Below, one piece after another: positions 55,972 through 64,000 of a DNA stretch of 64,000 nucleotides (the stretch's first letter is position 1; every line of letters starts with the position of its first letter). Both the position numbers and the translations under genes were made by a program. This stretch comes from a virus (Duplodnaviria; Caudoviricetes), in IMG/VR virus record IMGVR_UViG_3300031993_000004, positions 1 to 64,000 of that record, one strand, 5' to 3'. The notes beneath the pieces are model-generated. The model did not search any database. It saw only the letters and a list, made by a program, of their open reading frames with translations, and was not told the origin of the DNA.

Positions 55972-57909
55972 TCAAAACGGTTGAAACAGAAAGTACGGAA
56001 CCATATCCCGTGTATAAATCGGAATATTCAGTTCTTTTGCTTTCATTACTTTTTCGGACATGTAATCATTATCAGGAACAATAAGACCTTGAATAGTCTT
56101 TGCGAACCCACCGATTTCCCAGCCGTTTTCTTCAAGCTGTGATTCGAGTTGTTTATCACGGAATCCTGTGAAGCACAACCTTCCCTTTTTCGTGATAAAC
56201 TTCGGAAGCGGCGGTTTCAGTTTATCCGGTACCCATTCCATGAGATATTGGATTTCGTCCTTGTTTCGCAGATAACCTGACACAATACGTTGGATTTTAC
56301 CCTCACCAACATTCGGAATATATCCATGCATCATGATAAAATAATCGAGTGTCCCATCTTTCAGAACTTTGATGATGTTATCATATCCACAGGCATCGAT
56401 GATTTGTTTCCAGGTCTTCTCATCCGTGTCATTAAATGGCAATGCTCCAAGGAAACGTTCCAGAGTTGCTTCAGACAATGCTTTGTCAACGCTAGCAACC
56501 ATATTGTCATATGATGTATATCCGAATCCAGGTGTTTGTGCAATGCAGTCATCCCATTTCCGTAGATCATACAAATCTGAGATGCATGTCACAAATTCGT
56601 TGTCATACAGCTTCGTGATGACTCCTTCGCCGAGACCAACCATTCGCATCTTTTCAGCATGACGGATGATAGAACCCAGCTTCAGACCTTTACAATTTGG
56701 ATTCTGACAACGAACGATCGTCGAACTCAAATAATCCAACGGTGCACCGCAAATCGGACATTTATCGGGTAACGGGATAGGATAATCACCATCATGATAT
56801 GAGTCAATGAAATATGGCACGATGTTGTACATAATCCGCACAGTATCATTATGTCGGAGATTCATTTCTTGCACACGCTTCAGTGTAGACAATGTCACAT
56901 GATCTACTGACACATTTCCGAATTTCACGGGTGGATTCAGAATCGCCACAGGTGTGATACGTCCTTGTTTACCAAACTGAAATTGAATGGTTTCAAGTTT
57001 TGCTTCTTGAATATCTTTCAGAATCTTGATTGCAATTTCCAGATTCGGATTTACATATAACGGCATTGTGACATTCCGATCACCAATAACACCATCCGCG
57101 AGAACCGATACAACAACACCATCAACAGAATATGTTCCATCCAATCCGAAATTGTCCATATAATGCGTCGCCCCATGTGTCAGCAACTCATCAATGGTTG
57201 TCTGTATGGAACCATATTGAAGTGCTCCGGTCCAACCAGAACGGATCCGTCCAACATAACTTGGAAGAGCATTCGGAAGATACTGTTTTCCGTTCATATA
57301 TCCGCGTAATGGAATCAGCGAAATCAGTTTTGAAATATTCGGATCACGCAGTTTGAAGTTTGCCGTAACAGCATCTCTTGGACGTGTATAACGTTGATTC
57401 AATCCGGACATAATGAATTTCTCGTGTGACATGATCGCTTCGAATTTGATTGAATCGGATTTGTCATAATATCCCCATAAGACTTCATTCAAAACCCAAT
57501 CCACTCTGTCTTCAAAGATTTCGGTTACGTCCATCGAAGTGCCGTCATCAACGTCACCACGCGTAAAAAATCTTTTTGTCTTGACATCAAATGCCACAGA
57601 ACAACCATCGAACTTCGGTTGAACTGCAACCGTGTGATTATCTGTCAGATGATTCTTTTCCGTCCATGCTTTATATGTCAACAAACCATCGCGCCACGGT
57701 TCAATGACACCGTATGCTTTTGGTAACGTACCCACGATATCATTTACAGATGAAGATTGTTTTTGTCTCATGAACGGACGATTCTTTTCTCCATGCTCTT
57801 TCAAATATTCTTCGAGAAGCATGTCATACTCTTCATCTGATATCAAAGGTTGGCCGTTTTGATATGCTCGAATATATTCATCAAGCTGTTCTTTTGTGAT
57901 TGCCATCAT
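55972..57909 (-). CDS. ligA: NAD-dependent DNA ligase
   Basis: ISDEEYD, QPKFDGCS, FTRGD, DGVVV, GRITPVA, CPICG...CQNPNC, HhH and BRCT-like end. Confidence 0.93.
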   Translation of the reverse strand: MMAITKEQLDEYIRAYQNGQPLISDEEYDMLLEEYLKEHGEKNRPFMRQKQSSSVNDIVGTLPKAYGVIEPWRDGLLTYKAWTEKNHLTDNHTVAVQPKFDGCSVAFDVKTKRFFTRGDVDDGTSMDVTEIFEDRVDWVLNEVLWGYYDKSDSIKFEAIMSHEKFIMSGLNQRYTRPRDAVTANFKLRDPNISKLISLIPLRGYMNGKQYLPNALPSYVGRIRSGWTGALQYGSIQTTIDELLTHGATHYMDNFGLDGTYSVDGVVVSVLADGVIGDRNVTMPLYVNPNLEIAIKILKDIQEAKLETIQFQFGKQGRITPVAILNPPVKFGNVSVDHVTLSTLKRVQEMNLRHNDTVRIMYNIVPYFIDSYHDGDYPIPLPDKCPICGAPLDYLSSTIVRCQNPNCKGLKLGSIIRHAEKMRMVGLGEGVITKLYDNEFVTCISDLYDLRKWDDCIAQTPGFGYTSYDNMVASVDKALSEATLERFLGALPFNDTDEKTWKQIIDACGYDNIIKVLKDGTLDYFIMMHGYIPNVGEGKIQRIVSGYLRNKDEIQYLMEWVPDKLKPPLPKFITKKGRLCFTGFRDKQLESQLEENGWEIGGFAKTIQGLIVPDNDYMSEKVMKAKELNIPIYTRDMVPYFLFQPF

Positions 57910-58184
57910 TTGTCTCCTTTTTTAGGTTTCGGGTCACGCAATGTAGTTCCCCATTTCGCAAATTTTCGAATGTTTTTTCTTGTGGGTTTTAACCAATCAA
58001 TGCCACACTCGTGCGATGAGAAGAATATCCAGCAGATTTCGAGATGGCGTGCCGAACATGTGATTTCACCATGCTTTGCCAACCATACTGCAATCTTCCA
58101 CAAATCATGCGGATGATTTGAAAATTCCATAAGATTCGGAATCAGAAATTCTTCCGGCAGCGTAAACTTTCTACCCCATAACAT
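57906..58184 (-). CDS. hypothetical protein, paralog of the C-terminus of 58188
   Basis: WLAKHGEI...W...W.KP....FAKW. Confidence 0.7.
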   Translation of the reverse strand: MLWGRKFTLPEEFLIPNLMEFSNHPHDLWKIAVWLAKHGEITCSARHLEICWIFFSSHECGIDWLKPTRKNIRKFAKWGTTLRDPKPKKGDK

Positions 58185-58187
58185 TTC

Positions 58188-58676
58188 TCACAACTCCTTT
58201 TCTGAGAGCCATTCCGCGAAATCTTGCATATCGCTTTTGTCAGGGTCTCTCCATTCATAAATACCGCGATCACACAGATAATCATCCCAGTATCGGGCCA
58301 ATCTCGCCGGACCAATATTCAATTCGCCATATTCTCGAAGCCATTTCATCATCTTGTCACACGCTTTCACGGCGAATGCATATCGTGTTCCACAGAGTTC
58401 GTGATACGATTCAGGGAACAGTGTGAATGCGGTCTTTGGCTTTTTATTAGCCTTTTCCGTTTTGATCTGTTCAACATCTTTTCGCACAGGTTGAATCATA
58501 TCATCAATGCAATTCAGACCTGTCAATATCAGATGACAATATCGATTGATATTTTCCTTCGAAATATTGAGTGCTTTGATTTCACGAATTTTTTCCATAA
58601 CAAGATTCGTGTATTCATCTTGATTGTCACAGTCATCATTGCGTGCACCCATTGGGCCACCATATACACTTGACAT
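58188..58676 (-). CDS. hypothetical protein
   Basis: GAAAGGAG RBS; WLREYGEL...W...WRDP....FAEW. Confidence 0.75.
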   Translation of the reverse strand: MSSVYGGPMGARNDDCDNQDEYTNLVMEKIREIKALNISKENINRYCHLILTGLNCIDDMIQPVRKDVEQIKTEKANKKPKTAFTLFPESYHELCGTRYAFAVKACDKMMKWLREYGELNIGPARLARYWDDYLCDRGIYEWRDPDKSDMQDFAEWLSEKEL

Positions 58677-58695
58677 TTACATTCTCCTTTCAAAA

Positions 58696-58734
58696 TAAAA
58701 AGTTATGAGGAAGTGGGGGCTTTCGCCCCCACTT
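58696..58734 (-). terminator. terminator-like hairpin
   Basis: AAGTGGGGGC-GAAA-GCCCCCACTT. Confidence 0.75.
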
Positions 58735-58739
58735 ATAAC

Positions 58740-59015
58740 TCATAAACCAAACGCTTTCGGTCCGATAATCTCGTTTGCTTTTGGCTCTGTGGTATTTGCT
58801 GTACAGAACTGAGAGAACGGAGACATCGGATCAACCTGGGGACCTTCTTCATCCTGGAATATGACCGGGAATGGTTGCCCAGTCCCGACCGGAAGTAAAC
58901 CTTTTTCCATATCTCGCAAGATTGATGCGAAATCGGAAGTTCCTTTGTATGCATGATACGGGGTCATCTCATGACCTCGACTTGCATCCCTGGCTGATAC
59001 AAGTATATTTGACAT
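58740..59015 (-). CDS. hypothetical protein behind an early-like promoter
   Basis: GAAAGGAGG RBS; CATATATGATT upstream. Confidence 0.65.
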   Translation of the reverse strand: MSNILVSARDASRGHEMTPYHAYKGTSDFASILRDMEKGLLPVGTGQPFPVIFQDEEGPQVDPMSPFSQFCTANTTEPKANEIIGPKAFGL

Positions 59016-59072
59016 GTATCATCCCTCCTTTCGTACCAATCATATATGTCTGCAAGAAAGAAAAATCTGGGT

Positions 59073-62000
59073 TTATACGCTGAATCTAGAAGGTCTCTGT
59101 TGCGGGGTCGATTCAGGCGTGCTGTAGAACTTGTTATACGTCTCGTTCTTAGTCTTTGCAGTCTGATCGTTCTCGATACGAGCGGCATCAGACTCCTCAG
59201 TCTTCTTCAGCAGTTCCTGATTCATACCCATGATCTGGTTGATATCATATTGCATTGCGGAAATCCACGCTTTGCAGGTCTTCACAACCGTAGTCAGAAT
59301 CTTAACACCCTTGTCATAGCGCTTCTGATCCGTGTAGTAGATAGAATCAGATTGTTGCGTCATTGCATCCATGCCAATCAGAACACTGTTGACATATTGC
59401 ATGAAGCGAGACCATCTGTCGCATCTGATACGGATTTCGTTCAGAGTGTTATTGCTCTTTCCAGCTTGGTTTGTCGTGTCTGAATAACCGAACAACGCCT
59501 GTGATACACGTTGTTCAGTATCAGAGTCTTGCGGCACAACGAATGCAGACTTGACGAGATGAGCACCTGCCAGAAGTTCTGCACCACGCTCCATATTTCC
59601 GCGAATATCCAGCTTCGGATCTCTCGGAAGAGACGTGACATCTGCAGGAATATTGTCGTTGTTCAGTTTGATGTGCAGGTATTGTGCACAAGCCTCGACG
59701 GTATCATACGCAAGTGCGAGTAACGTATCGAGATGTTCATCAACATAGGAAGACTCCGGGAAGTTCAGATTGATGAAATAGAAGAAATACTTCTGCTCGA
59801 AGATTCCCTGCATGCCGTACTGCTGAATGAAACGCTTGATTGACCGAGAATGATTTCTGATTCTGTTACAGAATTCGACAAACTTTCGAATGAGTGTCAT
59901 TAGTGTTTTGATGACAAATCCGATTGCGGAACGGAGCAGCTGAATGGGTCCACGTCTGTTTGCTTTTGACAACGGATGCTTCTCTGATTTCGCCGCCGTA
60001 GAATCATACACGGCTTCCTGCATCAAACAGCTCTCGACAAATACATCAACGGCTTTGTCAACGTCTTCTGGTGATGAGTTGCCGGATTCCAGAATGATTT
60101 CTGTACTCTGATACATTGCGTCAAACATCATAAGTGCAGATTCCAGCGTCTGGACGTCTTCCTTGAGAGAAGCAATCTCTTCACCATCATCACTGATGGA
60201 AATGGAACCGCGGATATGGCACTTATCGATTGCAGTTTGCATAGCGGTCTCTTCGTCCATACCCATTTCAAGGAGTTCCTGATATTCGGATTTGACATCC
60301 GGATCCTTCGGTTCGTACTTTTCACCGGTGAGTTCGCACTTTGCATACAGAAGTTGCTCCATATGGAAACGTTCTTCATTTGCAATGTCTGCATACAGCC
60401 GGCGGAGAACATCGACGTTGGTTTCCTTAGCTCCGTCCATGTATTCGTTCATTGCATCGGCTTCGGAAGCCATCAGCTTCATCAGAATGGTGACTTCTTT
60501 CTGATCGTAATCGTTCTGCATGTCGGATGTATCCTTGCCGAATTGACCGAGGTCAACATTGTCGGCATCGAGATTCTCATCCGGTTGTTCGACAGCAGCT
60601 TTATCTGCAGCGGACATCCGATCCTTCAGATAACCTGGAATCTCTTCCAACTCAGGCGGGGTCTTTTCAGTGTCCCATCTGCTCGGCATCGAAGTTGATG
60701 GAGTTTCATTATCATCCCCGGCATCGTCATCTTTTGGCTCGTTGTCCTCAGACTCATCATCCCACTCAACATCGTCGAGCGGTGTCTCTTCGACGGAGAT
60801 GGATTCTTCTGTTTCGTCACCGTTCTCTTCGTCATCGAGGTCCAGATCACCGATTGTGATATCTTCCATATCTTCGGTTTCGGACAGGTTCTCTGCTTTC
60901 TTGGACTCGGTAATCATCAGATCTTCTGTCTGATCCATTCGATATCCCTCCTTGGTTAACATTGTTTTCTTGGCCTCACCATCATAGACCATTTTGCATT
61001 TGGTCATAATCCATTTGCAGAAGTCATCTGCTGGTGTACCATAATCGATTTTGGCATCCGTGTAATCCCACACTCCGTAATTGAGATCCTGGTTGTCATA
61101 CTCTGCAGAAACTTCTGCGACGTATTTGAAGATCTCTTCCAGAGAATCAAAAGTCTTTTGACGCTCGTAACCCCATTCATCAACAACACGTTTGAATGCT
61201 TGTTCGAGATAAATGAATTTACCATTTAATGGAACGACACATATTGTATGGGTGTTTATAATGGTTTTTCCGTCAGTTTTGGTAAAGTTCATGAAGTATT
61301 TTTTGTATGGTACCCCGAATGCTTCGAGATATCCAGCTTCATATTCAACCATATCCCAACAGTTACCGCCACCGGCTTCATCAACTTCTTGACTTGAATG
61401 GAATACCCAATGCTTCTGATAATCCGCTTCGGATACATTACCTGTTTGCAACCTGCCATCTTTGATCAAACCGTACTTGAACTTCTTCATGTCGATGCAG
61501 AGATCAGAGATAACACGTTCTGGTGAATAATCAAACTTTGTACCCTTCTCAAGTACTTTCGGTTTGACAACCCAATGCCATTTATATGTGAAATAATTAC
61601 GGTCATCTTTTTGACCTTTAGCCGTTGGAACGACAGCTTTTCGTTTCACATTGGATACTTGGTCAACTTTAATTACACCGTACAGTTTCAGCCGCACGGG
61701 TTCCATGATCCATACTTCGCGTGTAACATTTGCATCATAGACGAGTTTCTCGTTAACGAGTTCTTTTGTCGTTTTATGCTTGTATTCCTTCCATGGTTTT
61801 TCAGGAATATAAACATACATCTTGTCGAATTGGTCTGGATTCTGTCTCGGAAGATTCACAGTGATGCCATTCAACGCACCTTCGATAGACGTCGAGAAAC
61901 AAACGCGTGGAGTTGTGTTATCTTCAAATCCGGTTTCTTCGGGATTATATGGATCCAAATAGTCTGGAACACGCGGTTTCCATACTTGACCATCGTTATG

Positions 62001-63998
62001 CTTCTCATGCGACACATGAAATACCATCTTATCAGAGAATGGATTCACACCGTTCTTGATATCCTGGATAGCTCCCTCTTGAACCGGTTTTGATTTATCA
62101 AATCGCATGACCAATCCACCATGATCATTTTCCATGTCAACAATGAAACCGAGAGACTTATACAGTTTCTGTGCACGTTTGTTAGACTTCATTACCTGGA
62201 GCAGGATTTTGTCATGAGTCTTGATGTCCTTCTTGATGATATCCGAACCAATTCCAAGATTCCGATATTCCGGTTTGATGTAAATATGTGCGAGATACCA
62301 CCAATCACGTTTTCCTTCACGAAGTCCATAGTAGTTGGTTTCATATGCCTGATAAACACCGACGTCTTTCCCATCAACTACAATGATTTTGGTGTGACCG
62401 ATACTATCCTTAACATCCTGCTTAATATACCGCTGAACTTTTGGATCGTCTTTGTTTTCACCGACAGTCTCCAATTCAGACTGATATACCAAATCCAAAT
62501 CGGATTCTTTTGCTTTTCTCATCACATATTTTGAGGGTGTGGCATATTCATCCATGAAGGATTCTTTCACAACTTTCGGCATGGGGTTTGCATTGATTGT
62601 AACAATATCGGATTTAAGATAAGTTTTTGAAAAGTTCTTTTCGTAGAATATTCGTTCCATTGTTTCGAGATACATATCCCACAACATCTGATATGATATA
62701 GCTGGTATACCATTGGACTTTATCTCGTCCTCAGGTATGATATAGCCAATATAAACATACAATGGACGTCCGACTTTGTCCTCCATATACTGTTTGGCAT
62801 TGGGATGTCTTCCATCCGGATCATATGTCTCAGGTTGATAACCAACCTTATTTGCAAGATCAGCCAGGAATATGTATAACAGCGCTGTATAGAATCCATT
62901 TGCATATGTCACATTAACATGCATTTCTCTATCATAATACTTATCAAAGCATCTGATATTCTTGCCGATCAGTGTCTTATATGCCATTTCGCTATTGATA
63001 ATAGCTGTTGGTATCAATGCACCTCGAGAATGGAAATCGTTATAAAACGTTCGTCCATAGAAATACGGATACACTTGGATAGTATTTGAGCCAGACTGGT
63101 TATTTGCAGTGAGGGCGTTTTCCAAAGCGTGAATAATGTTTTTGTCACCGTTTTGGGAGTCTTCGATATCCTTCATCAAAGACATATATTCCGTGAGTAG
63201 GTTCTTTAGTGCGGTGACCGTCTTTTCTGGCAAATTTTCTCTACCAAGGATTGAATTAATTTCATTCGTTTTTGTTTTGATATCATTCAAAACTTGCTTT
63301 GGATTTTCGATGATCTGTTCATTATTACTTCTGATGTCATCGAGTTCATATTGGAGTTCACGTACATTGATTTCATCCGCATCATCGGAATTAATTTGAT
63401 CAATAACGCGACCAGCAATATTATTCAACCCATCAACATCAGTTTTCGTTTTCGCCGGGGAATCCCAACCGAAGAACGCTTTGATTTTATCAATTAGCCA
63501 TCTGACAGCACCACGGCACCATTCGATTATTCTTGCGATCAAGCTTCTCCGTTGAATCACTTCGGCTTCAAAAACCAACATTGATGACAACGCTTGACCA
63601 TAGTCGATGTAGGATTCACACCATTCTTTTACAGCCGTTGGATTATACTTGTCAACAAGTTCGTTTGCGAAGTCAGCAACGACATGAGACGCTTGCATCA
63701 GTGCAATACCTTTGCGTTTGTGTAGTATATCCGGGATTCCCTTGTAAACCGGAGTAACTTCGACGTTGGGTCCGACGATGTTTACTTCAATCGCAACGTC
63801 CGGCTTCATCCGAGATTTAATAGTAAACTTCGGAATCAGCGAACCGCCAATGAATTCAAAGTCATTCCCCAACAGATTCATCAGTTGGTTTTTGACATTT
63901 AACAGTGACGCCGTACATGCCGCTTCTTGAACAGGAAGATCTCCCATATTCATCGCCAATTGATAATCTTCATCACTCAGCAGGCCGTGCTCTTTCAT
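59073..63998 (-). CDS. very large putative virion polyprotein (possibly 5'-truncated by the window): internal-head-like helices, GNAT, ART-like, papain/transglutaminase-like and half-ferritin domains
   Basis: YIKPEYRNLGIG...NKRAQKLYKSLGF; FHVS...PRVCFSTSIEGAL...REVW; GGNCWD...HTI...E; EADAMNEY...EERFH; x-Q-E/x-K-E junctions. Confidence 0.8.
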   Translation of the reverse strand: MKEHGLLSDEDYQLAMNMGDLPVQEAACTASLLNVKNQLMNLLGNDFEFIGGSLIPKFTIKSRMKPDVAIEVNIVGPNVEVTPVYKGIPDILHKRKGIALMQASHVVADFANELVDKYNPTAVKEWCESYIDYGQALSSMLVFEAEVIQRRSLIARIIEWCRGAVRWLIDKIKAFFGWDSPAKTKTDVDGLNNIAGRVIDQINSDDADEINVRELQYELDDIRSNNEQIIENPKQVLNDIKTKTNEINSILGRENLPEKTVTALKNLLTEYMSLMKDIEDSQNGDKNIIHALENALTANNQSGSNTIQVYPYFYGRTFYNDFHSRGALIPTAIINSEMAYKTLIGKNIRCFDKYYDREMHVNVTYANGFYTALLYIFLADLANKVGYQPETYDPDGRHPNAKQYMEDKVGRPLYVYIGYIIPEDEIKSNGIPAISYQMLWDMYLETMERIFYEKNFSKTYLKSDIVTINANPMPKVVKESFMDEYATPSKYVMRKAKESDLDLVYQSELETVGENKDDPKVQRYIKQDVKDSIGHTKIIVVDGKDVGVYQAYETNYYGLREGKRDWWYLAHIYIKPEYRNLGIGSDIIKKDIKTHDKILLQVMKSNKRAQKLYKSLGFIVDMENDHGGLVMRFDKSKPVQEGAIQDIKNGVNPFSDKMVFHVSHEKHNDGQVWKPRVPDYLDPYNPEETGFEDNTTPRVCFSTSIEGALNGITVNLPRQNPDQFDKMYVYIPEKPWKEYKHKTTKELVNEKLVYDANVTREVWIMEPVRLKLYGVIKVDQVSNVKRKAVVPTAKGQKDDRNYFTYKWHWVVKPKVLEKGTKFDYSPERVISDLCIDMKKFKYGLIKDGRLQTGNVSEADYQKHWVFHSSQEVDEAGGGNCWDMVEYEAGYLEAFGVPYKKYFMNFTKTDGKTIINTHTICVVPLNGKFIYLEQAFKRVVDEWGYERQKTFDSLEEIFKYVAEVSAEYDNQDLNYGVWDYTDAKIDYGTPADDFCKWIMTKCKMVYDGEAKKTMLTKEGYRMDQTEDLMITESKKAENLSETEDMEDITIGDLDLDDEENGDETEESISVEETPLDDVEWDDESEDNEPKDDDAGDDNETPSTSMPSRWDTEKTPPELEEIPGYLKDRMSAADKAAVEQPDENLDADNVDLGQFGKDTSDMQNDYDQKEVTILMKLMASEADAMNEYMDGAKETNVDVLRRLYADIANEERFHMEQLLYAKCELTGEKYEPKDPDVKSEYQELLEMGMDEETAMQTAIDKCHIRGSISISDDGEEIASLKEDVQTLESALMMFDAMYQSTEIILESGNSSPEDVDKAVDVFVESCLMQEAVYDSTAAKSEKHPLSKANRRGPIQLLRSAIGFVIKTLMTLIRKFVEFCNRIRNHSRSIKRFIQQYGMQGIFEQKYFFYFINLNFPESSYVDEHLDTLLALAYDTVEACAQYLHIKLNNDNIPADVTSLPRDPKLDIRGNMERGAELLAGAHLVKSAFVVPQDSDTEQRVSQALFGYSDTTNQAGKSNNTLNEIRIRCDRWSRFMQYVNSVLIGMDAMTQQSDSIYYTDQKRYDKGVKILTTVVKTCKAWISAMQYDINQIMGMNQELLKKTEESDAARIENDQTAKTKNETYNKFYSTPESTPQQRPSRFSV

Positions 63999-64000
63999 AT

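Noticed and set aside
1-64000. CRISPR array, tRNA, rRNA, integrase, transposase, reverse transcriptase, introns or inteins in RNAP/polB/ligase, phage nucleus shell or tubulin
   Set aside because: None recognisable by eye; core genes are uninterrupted. Highly divergent shell proteins cannot be excluded without profile searches.

Overview
64 kb from the genome of a lytic jumbo phage of the phiKZ/AR9(PBS1)-like type. The host is probably a Firmicute (Clostridia-like), inferred from strong GAAAGGAGG/GAAAGTGAGG RBSs and Clostridial-phage-like small ORFs. Recognisable core genes: a split multisubunit RNA polymerase beta subunit (virion type), a beta-prime N-half with NADFDGD (non-virion type), the catalytic half of a split family-B DNA polymerase, an SSB-like protein, an SbcD/Mre11 nuclease, a metallophosphoesterase, NADAR, ThyX, a RecA/UvsX-like recombinase and an NAD-dependent ligase. 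A 35 kb run of short hypothetical genes contains several paralog families. The strongest candidate for a new system is a set of large putative head proteins built as polyproteins. Their domains (GNAT, ART-like, papain/transglutaminase-like, half-ferritin, tandem SUKH) are separated by a recurring hydrophobic-Q-E motif resembling a prohead-protease site. One cassette is flanked by identical 19-nt direct repeats encoding that site. Also notable: a two-copy early promoter plus three-hairpin leader with compensatory changes, a basic M(N/H)WKKR N-terminal tag shared by unrelated proteins, a type IV prepilin-like protein, and structured 3' RNAs carrying orphan SD/anti-SD motifs. No tRNA, rRNA, CRISPR array, integrase or transposase was seen. 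All calls come from reading motifs by eye, not from database searches.
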